From an uncultured Bacilli bacterium (GTDB lineage: Bacteria; Bacillota_I; Bacilli_A; RF39; UBA660): a stretch of DNA of 64,000 nucleotides. Shown here one piece after another: positions 59,451 through 64,000 of this stretch; position 1 is the first letter of the stretch, and each line of letters opens with the position of its first letter. The stretch spans positions 7,115 to 71,114 of the forward strand of contig CALVXM010000003.1 of assembly GCA_944371305.1 (NCBI GenBank), read 5' to 3'. The notes beneath the pieces are model-generated. The model searched no databases, had not been told where the DNA came from, and saw nothing but the letters and a program-made list of their open reading frames with translations. The translations under genes and the position numbers were made by a program.

Positions 59451-60590
59451 CTAATTAAATATTTGTTTTAAATATCTTAAATATAACTCAAATATATTAG
59501 CTTTTTTCACATCTTCGCTAACAGTTAAATCGACTGTTTTTATAATATTATTATTTTCTTTTAAAGTAAGTTTACCAACCACATCCCCTTTGGAAACTGG
59601 AGCTTTAATTTTATTTACTTCAACATCATAAGTAAAATTACCAGATCCTTCATTTTTATTATATAAATCATTTATTTCTTCTTTAGCAACAATCCCAATT
59701 TGTTCTAATTTTCCTTTTTCAATAGGAACTTCTTTTAATATACTTTCTGTATCGACTATTTTAGTTAAGCCATACTGAGCATAAACATAATCAAAAATAC
59801 TAGATACATCTTTATTTCTTGTGTCACTATCTGGTTCACCCATAACGACGGTAATAATTCGCATATCATTAATATTAGCTGTAGCAGTTATACAAAATCC
59901 TGCTTCAGCTGTATATCCTGTTTTCAAGCCATCTACGCCGTTATAAAATCTAACTAATTTATTAGTATTAACCAACCAAAATGAACGATCAGTACCCTTT
60001 CTTAGATAATCTTCGTATATTGAAGTAAATTCAAATATCTTTTCATGTTTAACTAATTCTTTAGCCATCATAGCCATATCATAGGCCGTTGAATAATGAT
60101 TAGCTTCATCCAAACCATGAGCATTTTTAAAGTTAGTATCTTTTAGTCCCAATTCTTTAGCTTTATCGTTCATCATCTTAACAAACATCTCTTCGGTACC
60201 AGCTATTTTTTCAGCTAAAGCCACAGCGGCATCATTACCACTCGCTACCGCTAAACCTTTAAACATATCATGAACACTCATTTGTTCTCCAGTTTCTAAT
60301 AAAATTTGACTTCCACCCATACTAGAGGCATTTTCTGACACAGTTATCATATCATCCCATTTAATAATATCTTTTTCAATTGCTTCCATAACTAGTAACA
60401 TTGTCATTATCTTAGTCATACTAGCTGGATGTCTTCGCTCATGAGAATTTCGCTCATAAATAATTTCGCCAGTTGTGGGCTCTAGAACAATAACACTAGA
60501 TGCATTGGGGGCTAATTCATCAGCTTTAACAACTGGAAAAATCGGCAACAAACTTAAAATTACTAACAAAATTCCAAATACTTTTTTCAA
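59451..60590 (-). CDS. dacA: D-alanyl-D-alanine carboxypeptidase (PBP5/DacA-like, peptidase S11)
   Basis: Signal peptide, SxxK (ASMTK), SGN and KTG motifs, 379 aa. Confidence 0.85.
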   Translation of the reverse strand: MKKVFGILLVILSLLPIFPVVKADELAPNASSVIVLEPTTGEIIYERNSHERRHPASMTKIMTMLLVMEAIEKDIIKWDDMITVSENASSMGGSQILLETGEQMSVHDMFKGLAVASGNDAAVALAEKIAGTEEMFVKMMNDKAKELGLKDTNFKNAHGLDEANHYSTAYDMAMMAKELVKHEKIFEFTSIYEDYLRKGTDRSFWLVNTNKLVRFYNGVDGLKTGYTAEAGFCITATANINDMRIITVVMGEPDSDTRNKDVSSIFDYVYAQYGLTKIVDTESILKEVPIEKGKLEQIGIVAKEEINDLYNKNEGSGNFTYDVEVNKIKAPVSKGDVVGKLTLKENNNIIKTVDLTVSEDVKKANIFELYLRYLKQIFN

Positions 60591-60684
60591 ATCAAATCAC
60601 CTAATAAAAAATATGTTATATATTAAAAAAAATGTCATAAATTGACATTTCTTGAAACCAAATTTTTTAATCTATTAATTTAAA

Positions 60685-61170
60685 TTATTTAATTTTCTTT
60701 ATTTTTGTATACATTCTTGAATGATAACCATTTTTATCATAAAATTTAATGGCATTTTCATTATAAGCAAAAACATCCACTAAAATATATTCACAGTCTT
60801 TAGATTTAAAATATTCTTCCATTTTATTCATAAGTATATTCCCTATACCATTGCCTCTTACTTTTTTTGAAACAATTAATTCAGTTATTACTCCCCTTTT
60901 AGGACATTTATAATCTAAATAATCATATTCATCATAAGGAAATATACATCCCATAATTAAACCTATTACTCTATCTTGTTCAACTGCTATATAACATTTA
61001 CCGTTATTATTTTTAACTTTTTCTAAATCTAATACTGCCATTTTTTCTCTATATTTAGGATGTAATTGATCTAGATTGTCTTTATCGATAGTTAAAATAT
61101 ATTCTTCAAGTTCGACCAATAAATCTTTAATGTCTTCTAAATATTTATCTTCATATTCTATTATTTTCAT
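60685..61170 (-). CDS. GNAT family N-acetyltransferase
   Basis: Acetyl-CoA binding motif VSKKVRGNGIGNILM, 161 aa. Confidence 0.8.
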   Translation of the reverse strand: MKIIEYEDKYLEDIKDLLVELEEYILTIDKDNLDQLHPKYREKMAVLDLEKVKNNNGKCYIAVEQDRVIGLIMGCIFPYDEYDYLDYKCPKRGVITELIVSKKVRGNGIGNILMNKMEEYFKSKDCEYILVDVFAYNENAIKFYDKNGYHSRMYTKIKKIK

Positions 61171-61771
61171 TTTTAAAAAAATCCTCTCTTGTTAATTCAT
61201 ATTTAGAAAAAGTCAATATCCCGTTATAAAATGTATAAGGTGAATCTTCTTCTATCTCACCTATCTTAGTAAAACCTAATTTTTCAAATATTTTACAAGA
61301 TGGGATATTATCTTTCACGGCCCCTGAAGATATTTTGTCAATTTCTACTTTTTTAAACATATAATCTATCATTGCTTTAGCCGCCTCTGTTGCATAGCCT
61401 TTTCCTTGGTAAATTGGGTCCATATACCATCCAACATCACGAATAGCAATGTCGCTACCATTTTCTTGAACAGTAACCTGACCAATAACTTCTTCATTAC
61501 CACTATTTGTATATTCAGATTTTAAAAATACACTCCACCCAAATATATCATTATTATCTGCATTATCAACTTTAGCTTTATAAAATTTTTCTTGATTTTC
61601 CCAAGTCCAATGTTTTAAATTATTAGCATACTTCTTAGCAGATGTTAAATACCACTTATTAACCTCTGGTACCATTAAAATTTCCCACAACCTTTTTTGT
61701 TCTTTCATCTTAGAACTTCTTAAAATTAACCTATCAGTTTCTATTGTTTGACTTCCTATTAGATTTATCAT
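61151..61771 (-). CDS. GNAT family N-acetyltransferase (RimJ/RimL-like)
   Basis: ...DVGWYMDPIYQGKGYATEAAKAMIDYMF..., 206 aa. Overlaps the downstream GNAT gene. Confidence 0.8.
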   Translation of the reverse strand: MINLIGSQTIETDRLILRSSKMKEQKRLWEILMVPEVNKWYLTSAKKYANNLKHWTWENQEKFYKAKVDNADNNDIFGWSVFLKSEYTNSGNEEVIGQVTVQENGSDIAIRDVGWYMDPIYQGKGYATEAAKAMIDYMFKKVEIDKISSGAVKDNIPSCKIFEKLGFTKIGEIEEDSPYTFYNGILTFSKYELTREDFFKNENNRI

Positions 61772-61799
61772 AAATACACCCTTCTATTTAAATTTATAG

Positions 61800-62290
61800 A
61801 TTACTTCAAATATCTCAAATACTACTTTCGTATTTTCATTAAAATTCGAATCTATTTTAGTAAAATAATTTATATGAACTTTTCTCCATTCTTCTAATGT
61901 TTTATTTTCTCTTTTTAACCATGCTAAACCCCAAGTAATATTTTTAAATTCAGTTATAATAACTTTTTTTTGCCTTTAATACACAATAATTATTATCATT
62001 TGAATCAGTTAATACTGACATATCATCTATTATCGGCAAACTGTCAGTTTCATATAAAGATGTGTGGCAATCTTTTTATTATCTAATACAAGACTTACTA
62101 ATTCACCTACATCAAACTCAAATGTCCATCTATCAAGTTTATTATATTTTATCATAACCCTATCAATCAGGAATTAATTCTTTTAATTTGCTATAATCAT
62201 GTTTACCTTTATTAGCTCTTATTTCTACTCTTTTGGTATTATTTTTGATAGCAAGAGTTGGTTTATCATTAATATTCAATTTAATTTTCA
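61800..62290 (-). pseudogene. Frameshifted gene remnant upstream of the GNAT pair
   Basis: Minus strand: SD GGAGAAAG + ATG gives MKIKLNINDKPTLAIKNNTKRVEIRANKGKHDYSKLKELIPD, then a stop. The next frame reads ...VMIKYNKLDRWTFEFDVGELVSLVLDNKKIATHLYMKLTVCR, then a stop. The third frame reads DDMSVLTDSNDNNYCVLKAKKVIITEFKNITWGLAWLKRENKTLEEWRKVHINYFTKIDSNFNENTKVVFEIFEVIYKFK. An A8/T9 homopolymer near 61960 is a likely slip site. Confidence 0.45.
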
Positions 62291-62531
62291 TTTCTTTCTC
62301 CTAAAAAATCTGCACTAAGACATAATTATACAAAAAAGAGATTCCTAAAAAGTTTTATTAGGAGTTGTGATTAATTCTATCTTATTGATAATTTGTAAAT
62401 TTTTCATTTTAACCACACTCCTTTCTTTCATTAATTTACGCTAACAATATATCATAAATTTATTATTTTGTAAATTTTATAATTTAATTTTAATAAACTA
62501 TAATAAAATATAATAAATTTTAATTTGTTTA

Positions 62532-62540
62532 TGTTATAAT
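62532..62540 (+). promoter_or_regulatory. Extended -10 (TGTTATAAT) for the DUF2207-like gene
   Basis: TGnTATAAT 23 nt upstream of the ATG at 62564. SD AAGGTGG. Confidence 0.4.
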
Positions 62541-62563
62541 AAAACAAAGGTGGCGTGATATAT

Positions 62564-64000
62564 ATGAAAATTTCAGCAAAAATTATCACAGGAATTTGGA
62601 TTTTTATTTTTGCTATAATATTTTTTGAACCATTCATCTCTCCAATATTTTCAAGTCTTGAAGAAAGTACTGGTCCTAATGATTATGCCAGAATTACCGA
62701 CATAGATTATAAAGCGGTATTAGTTGATGAACCAAATGAAAGTGGCAAAGTTGTTGTAACTGAACAGATTACTTTCGATATTCATGCAGCAAGTAAAGAT
62801 AATTTATTTTGGGAATTATGGCGTGATTTACCTGAAGATTATGTCGATGGTTTAAAAGTCGATTACCAAGTTAATTACGTTAAACAAATTAATGATGATG
62901 GAACGGAAATTGATTATAAAGAAAGTCCTAAATTGTATTGGGATGATAGTGACTATACTAGTAGTGTATATGGTCCTGGAAAATGGTATCATAGTACTGG
63001 TCCTTATGATGAAGATTTAAGAAGATACGAATGTGTATTTTTCTATGTTGACGGATTATATCGTGAAGAAGTAACCTTTGAAATTCAATATGAAATGAAT
63101 AATGCTGCTCTACGTTATGACGATGTTTCGGAATTATATTTAACAATGTATTCTGAAGATACTATTAAACATTTAAAATCTTTTAATGGTCAAATATTAA
63201 TTCCAGAAAAAGATATGCCAAAAGAAGGAAATTATTTAGCTCACACTTATGGCACTAATTTTAATACTTTTGAATATACAGAATCTGATACTTTAAATCC
63301 TGGCTATCATACATTTTCCTTTAATTTAGATGAAGATGACTTAAAATTCAAAAGTTATAACCAATATTTAGAATTTTCATTATTAGCATTTAATGAAGAT
63401 AAACATATATTTACTGAATATGCACCTGATAACTTTTATTCATATGATGTTTATTTAGAAGAAGCATTGATAGCAATTGAAGAATACGATCAATTACCAA
63501 ATGAATATAGAACTTATAAAATTATTTTCTTATCTATTTCTATTATTATTTCAATTTTGTTTTTAATTTTTACAATAACAAGAGATAAAAGAATTAGAAA
63601 AAAACATAATTTATATAAACCAACGCAATCAATGCAATATTTTAGAGATATTCCAAGTGATTTGGATCCACATTTCGCATCGACACTAGCTTTCTTAAAA
63701 AGTAATCACAAAAACGATGTTGGTGATTCTTACTCAGCATTAATGTTAAATTTAATAAGAAAAGGATATATTGAATTACAAAAAATAGATAATAATAAAG
63801 GTTGGAATTTTAATAACATTACAATTAACATATTATATAATCCTAATTCAACATATCAAAATAGTTCTAATAGTATTAATGAAACAATATTAGGCAATAA
63901 TATTTTAAATAATCAACAAACTAATATTTCTATTAATCAACCAAATGAAATTCGTAATATAAATGGTAAAATCTTAGAAAAATTAACGTCTAATGAAGAA
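62564..64000 (+). CDS. Membrane protein, DUF2207-like (partial, continues past window end)
   Basis: N-terminal TM. Extracytoplasmic domain with YKAVLVDEPNESGKVVVTEQITFDIHA... resembling the DUF2207 N-domain. Later TM block (IIFLSISIIISILFLIF). Open to the window end (>=479 codons). Confidence 0.5.
   Translation, partial: MKISAKIITGIWIFIFAIIFFEPFISPIFSSLEESTGPNDYARITDIDYKAVLVDEPNESGKVVVTEQITFDIHAASKDNLFWELWRDLPEDYVDGLKVDYQVNYVKQINDDGTEIDYKESPKLYWDDSDYTSSVYGPGKWYHSTGPYDEDLRRYECVFFYVDGLYREEVTFEIQYEMNNAALRYDDVSELYLTMYSEDTIKHLKSFNGQILIPEKDMPKEGNYLAHTYGTNFNTFEYTESDTLNPGYHTFSFNLDEDDLKFKSYNQYLEFSLLAFNEDKHIFTEYAPDNFYSYDVYLEEALIAIEEYDQLPNEYRTYKIIFLSISIIISILFLIFTITRDKRIRKKHNLYKPTQSMQYFRDIPSDLDPHFASTLAFLKSNHKNDVGDSYSALMLNLIRKGYIELQKIDNNKGWNFNNITINILYNPNSTYQNSSNSINETILGNNILNNQQTNISINQPNEIRNINGKILEKLTSNEE

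Noticed and set aside
60685-61771. GNAT pair as a toxin-antitoxin (TacT/AtaT-like) module
   Set aside because: Both proteins are full-size GNAT acetyltransferases (one RimJ/L-like). There is no small RHH/DUF1778-type antitoxin gene between or upstream. The upstream ORF is a frameshifted remnant of unrelated size.
62452-63146. Minus-strand ORFs 62452..62637 and 62958..63146
   Set aside because: Overlap the promoter/start and the body of the plus-strand DUF2207-like gene. Low-complexity translations.
1-64000. Alternative genetic code (TGA=Trp, Mollicutes) and CRISPR arrays
   Set aside because: Long uninterrupted ORFs (up to 1188 aa) with Trp at TGG argue for the standard code. No regularly spaced direct repeats of CRISPR type were seen anywhere in the window.

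Overview
AT-rich chromosomal segment that reads cleanly with the standard genetic code, most likely from a low-GC Bacillota organism. Most genes are on the minus strand. The phylum guess rests on the conserved yabP-yabQ-divIC order, a GerQ-like spore-coat gene, an LtaS-family LTA synthase, sortase B and a DacA-type carboxypeptidase. Core content: translation genes (rpmB, rimM-trmD, a T-box-controlled gatCAB-aspS operon, metG, leuS, tRNA-Cys); central metabolism (pyruvate:ferredoxin oxidoreductase, a PduL-type phosphotransacylase, two tandem pyruvate kinases, a GH31 hydrolase); envelope genes (LtaS, a sortase B with an SPDTG-anchored substrate, DacA, DivIC); transport (a MacB-like ABC pair with a 1013-aa coiled-coil permease, a YfcC-like carrier, and a P-type ATPase-ZIP-LtaS operon); and two signalling modules (an HPt-REC hybrid and an OmpR-type RR/HK pair with an M19 dipeptidase). 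Accessory-looking or unexplained items: a 1188-aa cysteine-rich secreted protein, a standalone HerA-like (DUF87) ATPase, a UvrD-like helicase carrying a nuclease-like insertion and a C-terminal zinc ribbon next to an XRE regulator, a compact sigma-70-like factor followed by an HD (SpoT/Mesh1-like) hydrolase fused to a dNK-like P-loop kinase, two decayed pseudogene regions, and a small SD-led ORF with its own terminator inside a 520-nt intergenic gap. No CRISPR array, integrase or obvious intact mobile element was seen. I could not run searches or folding, so all family calls rest on motifs read by eye.
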